Source of the DNA: Chiloscyllium plagiosum
Taxonomy: Eukaryota
Reading direction: 5' to 3'
Length of the DNA: 64,000 bases
NCBI RefSeq assembly: GCF_004010195.1
Contig: NC_057719.1
Location: 65,627,702-65,691,701, forward strand
In this document: positions 26,051 to 37,014 of the stretch, one piece after another
How the letters are laid out: each line of letters begins with the position of its first letter
How positions within the stretch are numbered: position 1 is the stretch's first letter
Program-made: the position numbers and the translations under genes
The notes under the pieces: generated by a model
What the model saw: only the letters and a program-made list of their open reading frames with translations
The model's database searches: none
What the model was told of the DNA's origin: nothing

Positions 26051-27409
26051 GTTGTAACTGTACCAACCTAAACAGTGTATCATTATAACTCAAACCTGAG
26101 TTCCTGGCAGCATCTACTAAATCTTTTCTGAACCCTCTCCAGCTTAATAACCTTCCTACAACAGAGCAACCAGAACTGCACACAGTACTCCACAAGAGGC
26201 CTCACCAATGTCCTGTATAACCTCAACAGGACGTCCCAACTCCTACACTCAAAAGTCTGACATAGGCTGATAAAGACAAGCATGATAAATGCCTTCTTAA
26301 CTATCTTGTCTACGTGTGACGCAAACTTGAAAGAATTATGTACCCCCCACATCTCTCTTCTGCAACACTACCCAAGGCCTTAATTTAAATTGTATAAGAC
26401 CTGCCCTTGTTTATTTTACCAAAATGCAATACCTCACATTTATTCAAATTAAAGTCCATCAATCATTCCTCACCCCATTTACCCAATTGATCACAATCTC
26501 TTTGTAATATTAGATAACCTTCTTCACTATCTAACTATAGCACCAATTTTCGTGCCATCCTCAAACTTACTAACCATGCCTTCTGTATTCTCATCTAAAT
26601 CATTTATATAAATGACAAACAAAACACAAGCAATAGGCCTCCAGTCCAAAAAAACAATCCTCCACCATCACTCTCTGTCTCCGTCGATAATCCCATTTTG
26701 TATCCAATTGGCAAACTCACCCTGAATCCCATGTGATCTAACTTTATTAACTAGTCTACCATGCAGAATCTTGTAACAGGCTTTACTAAAGTCCAAATCA
26801 ACAATGTCTACCACTCTGCTCTCATCAATATTCTTGGTCACTTCCTCAAAAACCTCTAACAAGTTTGCGAGACACAATTTCTCCTGCACAACACCATGCT
26901 GACCATCTCTAAACATACCTCTCCAATTGCATATAAATCCTATCTTTCAGAATCACCTCCAACAACTTACCCACTACCAAGGTCAGACTCACAGGTCTGT
27001 TGTTCCCAGGCTTCTCCTGACACCCCTTCTTCAACAAAGTCACATCATTAGCCACCCTCCAGTGCTTTGGCACCTCATGCATGATACAAATATTTCGGTA
27101 AGGATCCTGCAATTTCCTCCCTAACATCCCACAATATCCTGGGAATCACTAGATCAGGTCCCAGAGATTTATCCACCTTCATACTTTCTAAGACCTCCAG
27201 CATTTCCTCTTCTGTAGTGTGAACTGTTTTTAAAACAACAATATTTATTTGCCTGAGTTCTCTAGCCTCCAGTTCTTTCTCCATAGTAAAAACTGATGTG
27301 AAATAATTATTTGATATCTCTCCCATCCCCTGAGGTTCAACACTAAGCTGACCTCTTTGATCTCTAAGGGGCCCTACTCTCTCTAGGTGCTCTCCTGCTC
27401 TTAATGTAT

Positions 27410-27730
27410 TAGATTTAGATTTAGATTAGATTACAGTGTAGAAACAGGCCCTTCGGCCCAACAAGTCCACACCGACCCACCGAAGCGAAACCCACCCATA
27501 CCCCTACATTTACCCCTTACCTAACACTATGGGCAATTTAGTATGGCCAATTCACCTGACCCTGCACATCTTTGGATGGTGGGAGGAAACCGGAGCACCC
27601 GGAGGAAACCCACGCAGACACGGGGAGAACGTGCAAACTCCACACAATCAGTCGCCTGAGGCAGGATTTGAACCCGGGTCTTTGGCGCTGTGAGGCAGCA
27701 GTGCTAACCACTGTGCCACCATGCCGCCCA
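27410..27730 (-). mobile_element. Young HE1-type SINE
   Basis: Near-identical reverse complement of 42956-43260; (tctaa)n tail. Confidence 0.92.
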
Positions 27731-27921
27731 CCAAACTTGTAGAGTTTCTTTGGATTATTTTTAACCTTATCTGCCAAGCCTATCTCATGTACCCTCTTTG
27801 CCATCCTGATCTCCTCCTAAGAATGACCCTATCCTCTTTATATTATTCAAGACATTCATTTGAATCAGTTGTCTATATCTAATATATGATTCTTTTTTAT
27901 TCTTGACTAAAAACTCAATAT

Positions 27922-28110
27922 AGGAGAAAGTGAGGACTGTGGATGCTGGAGATCAGAGTTGAAGAGTGTGGTGCTGGAAAAACACAGCCAGTCAGGCAGC
28001 ATCCGAGGAGCAGGAGAGTCCTGATGAAGAGCTTATGCTCGAAAAGTCAACTGTCCTGGTCCTCAGATGCTGCCTGACCAGCTGTGCTTTACCAGCACCA
28101 CACAATCGAC
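27922..28110. mobile_element. Short inverted PLE-derived element
   Basis: ggagaaagtgaggactg... then cctgatgaagagcttatgctcgaaaagtc (HHR-like). Confidence 0.85.
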
Positions 28111-28834
28111 TAGAACATCAATATCTTTATTCATCTATTGTTCCTAATATTGCCAGCTTTACCTTTCACTCTGATGGGATCATAGTGGGATCATATCTTG
28201 TCTTGTTATCACACTTTTGAAAGCCTCCCACTTGTCAGCCATCCTTTTACCTGTGAACAGTCTACTCCAATCAGCTTTTGAAAGCTCTTGTGTTGTATCA
28301 TTAAAATTTGCCTTACTTCTTTTATGGAAGGCTTTTCCTTTTCCAATAACTATTTTAAAACTAATAGAATTATGATCAGTAGACCAAAAGTATTCCACTA
28401 TTATCACTTCAGTAACTTGCCCTGCCTTATCACCCAAGAGAAGGTCAAGTTTTGCTCCTTCTCTAGTAGGAACATTTCATCGTGTTAAAAAGAATTTTCT
28501 TGAACAGATTTAACAAAAGCTGCGCTATCCAAACTTCCAACACTATGGCAGTCCCAGTAAATATTTGGAAAAGTAAAATCACCTACAATTACAACCTTAT
28601 TACTTTTTCATATATCTGCGATCTCTCTACATATTTGTTCCTCGATTTCCCTCTGACTATTATAGTACAATCCTATCAAAATCCCATCACAATCCCTTTC
28701 TTATTTCTAATTTCAACCCATAATTTTTCAGAAATATCTTGTCTAGTTACAATAGCAAAGTTTTCCTCAATCAAACACGCCACACCCCTCCTCTTTTGCC
28801 TCCCTTTCTATCGTCTGAGACTTTGAGTGGTACA

Positions 28835-29320
28835 GTCATAGAGATGTACAGCATGGAAAGAGACACTTTGGTCCAACTCATCCATGCCGGCCAGATTTCC
28901 CAACCCAATCTAGTCCCACCTTCCAGTATTTGGCCCATATCCCTCTAAACTCTTCCTTTTCATATACCCATGCAGATGCCTTTTAAATGTTGTCAGTGTA
29001 CCAGCCTCCACCACTTCCTCTGGCAGCTCTTTCCACACATGCACCATCCTCTGCATGAAAAAGTTGCCCCTTAGCTCCCTTTTAAATCTTTCCTCTCTCA
29101 CCCTAAACCTATGTCCTCTCATTCTGGATTCTCTCTACCCAGGGAAAGTACCTTGTCTATTTACCCTATTCATGCCCCTCATGATTTTCTAAACCTCTAT
29201 AAGGTCACACCTCAGCTTCCAACGCTCCAGGGAAAACAGCCCCAGCCTATTCAGCCTCTCCTGATAGCTCAAACCCTCCAACCCTAGCAACATCATTGTA
29301 AATCTTTTCTGAACCCTTTT
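28835..29320 (-). mobile_element. CR1 3' end
   Basis: [28 protein letters not shown] motifs. Confidence 0.9.
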
Positions 29321-30235
29321 ATGTTTTGTTAGCTCTTTATCCTTTAGTGAGTCCCTTCCACTTCTGAAACATTGGAGCACTCATTAAATTGCAGGTCACT
29401 AAATATGGATCTCTGATGCCATGTGAAAACCCTTTCTCTTTACAAGCTGCTTCTAGTCCAATGTCATCTCTCTTATTGATGTCAGAACCACATCATCGGT
29501 TACATCGTTCTAATTTACATATTCTGTTATATCACGTGATTCAGCAATTTAGAGACGATGGTGTGACGTAACCAGCAGAAGCTTTCTTTGCCCGTTTTTG
29601 ACTTGAGATTTAATGGTCTCCAGAGTCAATATTGAGGACTCACAGGGCAACTTGGTCCCACGGCAAAGCTAACCCTGCTAGCGGGACTGAAATATCCAGG
29701 GATGTTAATTGTGATGGCTGGAATTTGTCCGTAAGGTATGATTCCTTGAGAATGACTATGTCCAGGCTGTTGGTTGGCTTGTCTGTGGAGCACATCTTCT
29801 AATGTTGGTATGAGGTTCCAGATGTTATGAAAGGAGGACTTTACAGGGTTAGCAGGACTGGGTTTCCATTGTCATTTCTGGTGCCTGAGGTTAATGCTGG
29901 CTGGCCTGTGTGATTTCAGACCTTTCTCTATGCGCTTGCTACAGCTGAATAGCTTGATAGACCAGTTCAGAAAAGTCAACATGTTGTTGTGGAACTGGAG
30001 TCACATGTAGGCCAGACTGGGCAAAAACAGCAGACTTCCTCCCCTGAAGGAGCAGTTCACTCTCTCAGCGGAGCAGGTAAGGGCTGTTTGGCAATGGCTG
30101 CTTGAAGGCTCGGTGACGTTTGTTTAACGGCTTAAATTTGAAAGTTTTTTTTTAAAAAAGCACGGAGCGGACCCGGAAGCTGGTGTAGCGCAAGCTTACC
30201 TGGGTGGGGTTTTTTTCCCTATAAAAGCACGCAGG

Positions 30236-30425
30236 AATTTCAGTTACATCACACTGCAAATTTTTGCTATAAATTCTGTGTTACGATCGAGCCCTCCACA
30301 ATCACCTGATGAAGGAGCGTCGCTCCGAAAGCTAGTGTGCTTCCAATTAAACCTGTTGGACTATAACCTGGTGTTGTGTGATTTTTAACTTTGTACACCC
30401 CAGTCCAACACCGGCATTTCCAAAT
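30236..30425 (+). mobile_element. PLE 3' fragment (third family) with HHR core
   Basis: ctgatga-aggagcgtcgctcc-gaaagcta; CpGs intact. Confidence 0.7.
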
Positions 30426-31279
30426 AGTGATTGATCTTCATCTCGGCCACACTTTAGTGACATAGTTTGTGGTTGTAGAATTGAAGCTGGGCAGGCCAAT
30501 CCAGCAGGGTTTTGGGTAAAATCCATATGGGTGGTTACTTTACTTTCAACCATCAGTAAGTGGCAACTTTACCTTTTGTTTTCCTTATGATCCTAAAGCA
30601 AGTTTCAGGCAAGAACATATTTAACAGCACCTCTACTTAGTACAATTAATGCTGAAAAACAGATTTCTGACATTACTGATTTGAAGTGTAGACTGAAAAA
30701 TCTACAGAATATTTACTTTAAAGAAATTATTGACGCCTTATAATTTTCCTCCTTATATTTCCCTTCAGCATCTGTGATGACCACAGTCCACTTCAATGAC
30801 ATTTAATCAACACTCTCAAGTGCTATTTGGAAACATACGCCAACCATTTCAAAGATAAGTACCATTTGGAGACAAATATGCATAAGAAATCATAAAAGCC
30901 ATTCCCTCAGGAGAAAGGGATTATAGAAGCTGTTGGCCAAACATCTGGTGAATATAAAGATGCAGAGAATTTGGAACTAAATGTAAGTTGAGGCTTGGAA
31001 ATGCTTTGTAATGTTAAATTTGAGATAGCAGATCACAATGTTATAAAAACAAATAATTAATTTAGAACTATTGGCATAAGTACTGTGAAACTCATACCAT
31101 CTTTTTCTCAAGCTCTGCATGTCAGGAAAAGATTCTTTTTCAGTTTATTGGTGTTGTCTGAAGGGAAGAGATTGGGCTGGAAAACCAACTTTAAAAATAT
31201 GAGAAAGAGTTTCTATGCTCAGGCACAAAATCAAATAGCATCATAATCTCTATTCCTCTGCTTTTACTCCTTTATCTCT

Positions 31280-31790
31280 TTAAAAAGCCTCAGAGGCTTG
31301 GACTACTGAGACAATTCCCCAGAGACCACCAAAGGCCAAGTTGGGAGTGGAATGCACTTCAGTTGCCTAGATGTGCGGCACCAACTAGAAGCTCAATGGT
31401 ATCTAGGACAAGGGAGCCCAGTTGGTCAGCACTCCATCCACTAACTTAAACAATGGGTTTCTCGAACATCAGCACATAGTCACATAACAGTGTGAGTTGT
31501 CTACAGGGTGCACTGCAACTTAACAAGCCTCCGCCAATTACCTCAATGAGCTACAAGAACAAAGGCAGTAGGTGCATGGAAATATGACCTCTCCAAGGCA
31601 CATGTCTTGGAATTATATCTCTTTTCCTTCACTGTCACTAGGTCAAAATCCTAGAATTCCCTCCACAGCAATGCTGTGGGTGTGAGAACACCATTTGGAC
31701 TGCAACAGTCAAAATGCAGCTCAGCACCAACTTCTCAAGGGCAATTAGGGATGGGCAATAAATGTGAATGTGGTCAACAACACCTACATC
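31280..31790 (+). mobile_element. Decayed LINE 3' end
   Basis: cttctcaagggcaattagggatgggcaataaat terminus; a related copy is at 45590-45720. Confidence 0.6.
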
Positions 31791-33014
31791 ACATGGAGGA
31801 ATGAGATGTTCACTTGGCAATGGTGGGATGCAGGAGACATGTTCGGTGCATTTATCCTTGGTTAAGAAATGGCCATCTCCAAAATGACACATTGAATCAA
31901 TAATCAGATCTTTACAAATAGTTATAAGCTCAACCATTTCAATTTTTCTTGTCTAATGAAGCCAATGTTTATAACTAAGTCTTTGCCAAATGCTGCATCT
32001 GACTTGATCCTGGGAGATGGTGTTCCGTTCATCAGAAGCTAGGCCAAAGAAAAGCAGAAAATATAACTGTACATCTTCTAGAAATCAGATCAATAATTAA
32101 CACACAGATTCTTAGTTAGGATTCCCTTACACAAGAGATTTGAAAATAAAATTAGAAACATTGCAAAGTTCCTGAGGAGCTTTGTTCTCTACCCAAATTG
32201 GACAAGACTATTCACTCACCAAACCATTGCAAACAGTAAGCTCGTTCTGAAACATCATTTACTTGTCAGGAATAATTCTGTGTTGCATCCTCATGTTGCT
32301 GAGTGGTTTCAATTCAGCTAAGATTGGTATAGGATTCACTTCTGAAATATATGAACTGGAAGAAGCATCTAGGTTGTGTTTACCTTGCATGACCAATCTT
32401 GAAAACATTATGTCAATTTCTTAGGTTTGTCAAACTGGCAGTTAAGGTGAATTACCTCAATTCACATACATCACCATGTTCATTCCATATACCCAGACTG
32501 CTGATTGAAAGACAGCAACTTCTATCAAATTAGGTGAAATATTGTAAAGATACAGATGCCCACACTGTAACTGTAGCTGTATTTGGCACTCAAAGCACAG
32601 TAACTTAACTATGGATCGAGCAAACACAATGCTGTTTTTGCCATAACAAGAATACACTCAGCCACTTCTCTGACTCCCAGCGGATGCTGCCGTTTCTAAT
32701 ATCAGCTCCTAAATAATGTAATAGAACCAGGAACACTTCCTGCATGTGCCTCCTGCTGGTGGTAAGTAGTAGTCATTTTCAAAATGGATTGGCAGCAAGT
32801 AGTTCCATTTAATTTAACTTTTCATTGAGCAATAAGAGATATAGACTAGTTCTGAAAAGGGTAGAAAATGATGCAAACTAAATTGCAAAGCACCAATTTA
32901 AAAGTTATTAAAATTGAATACTTAATTGCTAACTTTCATATGGCTAAATTACTTTCTTATGTATTATCTTTTTATCATTGTCTGAGTATACTTATTGAGA
33001 TTAATAGTAAACAA

Positions 33015-33805
33015 GTGAGGAGGTTGAGCAGTTCATCAACTTCACCAACACATTCCACCCTGACCTTAAATTTACCTGGACCATCTCTGACATCTCCCTC
33101 CCCTTCCTGGACCTCTCCATCTCCACTAATGACGACCAACTTGACACTGACATTTTTTACAAACCCACCGACTCCCACAGCTACCTGGATTACACCTCTT
33201 CCCACCCTACCTCTAACAAAAATGCCATCCCATATTCCCAATTCCTCCGCCTCCGTCGTATCTGCTCCCAGGAGGACCAGTTCCACCACAGAACATACTA
33301 AATGGCCTCCTTCTTTAGAGACCACAATTTTCCTTCCCACGTGGTTAAAGATGCCCTCCAACGCATCTCATCCACATCCCNNNNNNNNNNNNNNNNNNNN
33401 NNNNNNNNNNNNNNNNNNNNNNNNNNNNNNNNNNNNNNNNNNNNNNNNNNNNNNNNNNNNNNNNNNNNNNNNNNNNNNNNNNNNNNNNNNNNNNNNNNNN
33501 NNNNNNNNNNNNNNNNNNNNNNNNNNNNNNNNNNNNNNNNNNNNNNNNNNNNNNNNNNNNNNNNNNNNNNNNNNNNNNNNNNNNNNTCTGACCTAACACC
33601 TCTATCCCCACCCCCATTCACCTATTGTACTCTTTGCTACCTTCTCCCCAGCCCCCCATCCCTCCCAACACCCCATTTATCTCTCCATTCTGGAGGGTCC
33701 CTGCCTCCATTCCTGATGAAGGGCTTTTGTCCGAAACTTTGATTTTCCTGTTCCTCAGATGCTGCCTGACTGCTGTGCTTTTCCAGCACCACTCTAATCT
33801 AAACC
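33015..33805 (+). mobile_element. Penelope-like element: RT/thumb fragment and 3' end with HHR, spanning a gap
   Basis: FINFTNTFHPDLKFT...LPFLDL...FYKPTDSHSYLDYTSSHP...AIPYSQFLRLRRICS; ctgatgaagggcttttgtccgaaac at ~33713. Confidence 0.92.
33381..33586. other. Assembly gap (N run)
   Basis: 206 Ns. Confidence 1.
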
Positions 33806-33935
33806 TAATTCTGAAGAAGGGTTACTGGACCCGAAATGTTAACTCTGCTTTCTATCTGCCAGATCTGTTGAATTTTCTCCAGCAATCTCAGTTTTTGTTT
33901 CACATGTCCAGTATCCACAGTTCTTTGTTTTATTA
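33806..33935 (+). mobile_element. Older PLE 3' end with HHR core
   Basis: ctgaagaagggt-tactgg-acccgaaatgtt. Confidence 0.65.
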
Positions 33936-35690
33936 TATTCATATAACCTCAGAGTGCTCCAAACTCTCTAAATTCGAAGGTATGTGTTTGAAGTGCGGCC
34001 ATCAGCATAATGTTGGGAATACAGAGGTTACATCGTTCCACAAACAAAAATAGTGAACATCTGAACCGAAAAATATAATCCCTGTCAGTACAACTCTCCC
34101 TTAAGACAATACGGAAAGCAGCCTAGATTCTATGCTGAGATCTCTGGCATGCCACATCCTTCTGACTCAAGATGAGCCGTAACTGACACCAAAACAAAAC
34201 TCCGTATTCTTTGCATATGTTGTTTCTCTGTAGTGATTTTATTATTTCTCACACTTGTTTGTTTTCTTATTTCTCCATCAACTGATGAGATAGACGTGCC
34301 AATACCTGATTTTGGGAAGAAAGCTATTCCCTATTTTGGATTTTTTTAGTCTCAGCAGTTTCACTGGGAGATGTGTTGAATGAGGTCACTTATTGTCCAG
34401 TTTTGGGTTTTCATTGCTGCTGGTACAGTAGTGCTTACCTGTGGCTCAGGAAATGGCATTAATGTGTTTCTCAGGGGTCAATGTAACATGGAGAGAATTT
34501 TTTTTTAAAATGTCACATCAAGTGAACAGTAATGTCTACAGATTGACATGATCATCATCCTTGTATTAGCATAAGTATTTCGGAGTGTTTAGGAATACAG
34601 AACCTGTACTGTGCGAAGAAAGGGGAAAATTACATCAGATCATCATTACTTGAGGTGGACACTCCATAAATAAATAGTTTCAGTGTCAATGACAGCATTA
34701 TATACAAAGTACTTTAACATAATATTGTATTTAGACATTACTTATGTAGGACACCCTGCCAAATCTCACACAATGCATTTCTCTGTCTGTTAGGACTTAC
34801 AAAGGACTTGTATTTAAAAACTGTCAGGTTTCATCTTCATTGGGACACCAGTAGATTTCTGATAACCTTGTTGACAAAAAATAGATTTGATGGACAGAAT
34901 GATGGAACTGTCACATAGTTTTCTGGATTTTACTTGACACCTTGGTAATTGACGTCCAGCTGGAAGAGCTTTTATTAATTGAGGCCAGTTGATGTAATCT
35001 TTTTGCAAAATCAAATACAATGCACTGCCAATCTTCCAAGACTTGATATTACAAGATGATGTAGTTATGACCTAAAGGGGACAAATTGTGAAGGACCCTA
35101 AACGTGGATATGAGGATAATGATACAGGGTCAACCCATGCCTGTGCCTTTTAATGTACACAGCATGTTAACTTCGTGCTAACTGTTCATTTGAATGGTAT
35201 CCCAATGCTAGCTGTGCATCTCAACAGGAGCCCATCTTTGTGCAAAGCCTGTACTCCTTAAGGCCAACCTGTGTTTCTTAAAGGGAAGGTGCATTATTAC
35301 TGCTGCAAGCACTGAAGGTGGTTGGCAAAGACAGTCTGACTTACTAAGGAGAGAAAGTAATGGTGCAACTGGAGAGAGTATGAGCTGCACTAGATGTCTT
35401 GCTGCAGGGGATGAAGAGAAACAAAGATGTCTTCTTTCCACAGTGCTTAAGCAAGCAGTCAGTGCCAGCAGTCTAACTCTGAAAACCTGCCTGCAGTGCC
35501 TTAAGAAGCTCAAAGACTTAGCATAAGTAATCAAGAGCAAAGAATACATCTTTGAATGCCATATTCTAAGAGGTGAACCAAGATCATCAATTTGCAGTAT
35601 CAATTCTGATTCTGTCTACACATCCTTCCTGACCTGCTGGGTATTTCCAGAACAACTTGGTTTCATTTCAGACTTACAGCATCTGCAGTA

Positions 35691-35864
35691 CACAGGAACC
35701 TCGATTATCCAAATGACACGAGCGGGGAGTAGTTTGTTCGGATAATCAAATGCCGGATAACACAGTTTAGCCAAGTATCAGGACCTTGCGATCTTGTTCA
35801 GATAATCGACATTCAGATAATCGAGGTTCAGATAATCGACATTCAGATAATCGAGGTTCCTCTG
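35691..35864. mobile_element. Tc1/mariner (pogo/Tigger-type) MITE
   Basis: TA TSD at 35689-35690 and 35865-35866; 19-bp TIR ca(c/g)aggaacctcgattatc; internal 15-bp repeats ttcagataatcga(ca/gg) x4. Confidence 0.85.
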
Positions 35865-36809
35865 TATTTGCATTTGCACCAATCTTCTACCCTGCTCAAT
35901 TCATCACATTCCCATCCCTCATCTACTAATAGCCTCGATCACATTAAATTGTAATCCATCTTGAACACCTATAGCTTCACCTCTTGCAACTGGCACTGTT
36001 GTAAGGCCCACAATCACACCTCACAGCTCACATGCACTGCCATGATTCAATCATGATAGCTGTGTTACCCAAATAGTTTGCAAGATACTGACTGTCACAC
36101 TAGCCTCTCTTCTGCAGGGTGCATAACCAGAGGAAGCAACATTAACTGCCACGGAACAGGCATGGCTACACATAGCTCAGACCAATGGAGGTGATGGTTG
36201 TCATTACCAAAACAATCATGACTGATGCTTTGGTCAATGGCAGAGCTGAAACAGTTGAAGATAACAATATCTTCAAATCAAATCTCCCTTCCCATCTGTC
36301 ATTCCCCCCTAATTACAAAATCACTTGCAACTTACAAAGTGTATATGGTGTGAACATGCACCTCATAACTTCTGACTCACAAGACTTACCTTGGTGCCTT
36401 CTTCCTTCTAGAGATCCAAGGACTGCAATCTGACCAGGTACTGGCAAGAGATAGAAGAGAAAAAAGACATTGATGAGCATCACTCCTCCTCAAGCTCACA
36501 ATCTCCGGTTTAGAGACTCATGCTTTCTATTCCTTAGAGGGTAGCTTAGAGACAGGATTTTCACACCATACACCAGGCACTTGTGGCCTGCAACAGGCCA
36601 AGGGAAGGGTTAGCACATCAATTCTGTTACAGACCACTTAGATAAGGACTTTGAAGAAACAAAGTACAGAAAAAGGCTGTAGGGTGTACATAGTGACAAG
36701 CTTGGTGTACTAGCAGGCCTACCCAAAAGTCACTGTCAAGGAGCATGGAGGAAACAGGCATCAGCTTTCACCGAGTCTTGGAACCTACCCCTTCATTATG
36801 GAAATAGAA

Positions 36810-37014
36810 GGAGAAAGTGAGGACTGCAGATGCTGGAGATCAGAGCTGAAAATGTGTTGCTGGAAAAGCACATCAGGTCAGGCAGCATCCAAGGAATAGG
36901 AGAATCGATGTTTCGGGCATGATTCCTGAAGAAGGGCTTATGCCCAAAACGTCGATTCTCCTGTTCCTTGGAGGCTGCCTGACCTACTGTGCTTTTCCAC
37001 CAACACATTTTCAC
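36810..37014. mobile_element. Short inverted PLE-derived element with TSD
   Basis: TSD ttatggaaat(a/g)gaa at 36796-36809 and 37015-37028; ~85-bp inverted arms. Confidence 0.9.

Larger units (their letters stand above)
25445..28830 (-). mobile_element. Long decayed CR1 ORF2 (endonuclease plus RT) with nested insertions
   Basis: ORFs 28180-28437 (TDHNSI), 27075-27326, 26909-27127 (NNRPVSLT), 26668-26916 (DLDFSKA), 26083-26352. Confidence 0.9.
4815..30991 (+). pseudogene. Decayed multi-exon protein-coding gene 'A', product unidentified
   Basis: AG/GT-bounded exon-like blocks at ~4815-5704, 6094-~6305, 7526-7846, 14063-14133, 14327-14504, 15111-~15719, 19202-19314, 19542-19643, 23582-23798, 29395-29567 and 30769-30991. 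The last five join in one frame with 5 internal stops in 276 codons (...RICSRRLWLSLL...KSNK|VTKYGSL...FRDDGVT|ICDDHSPLQ*HLINTLKCYLETY). Frames of the upstream exons are less certain. Confidence 0.55.

Noticed and set aside
7380..30830. GREB1/GREB1L similarity of gene A (CAPxxxHTF, MVLP...GV, ICxDxSxL)
   Set aside because: Only short scattered matches recalled from memory, not reliably collinear and expected by chance against a very long protein; needs a profile search.
32868..33742. Long ORFs of 242 and 146 aa
   Set aside because: Inflated by the N gap, and either off-frame or fragments of the Penelope RT.
35795..35860. CRISPR-like short repeats
   Set aside because: No unique spacers, no cas genes, eukaryotic context; they are MITE subterminal repeats.
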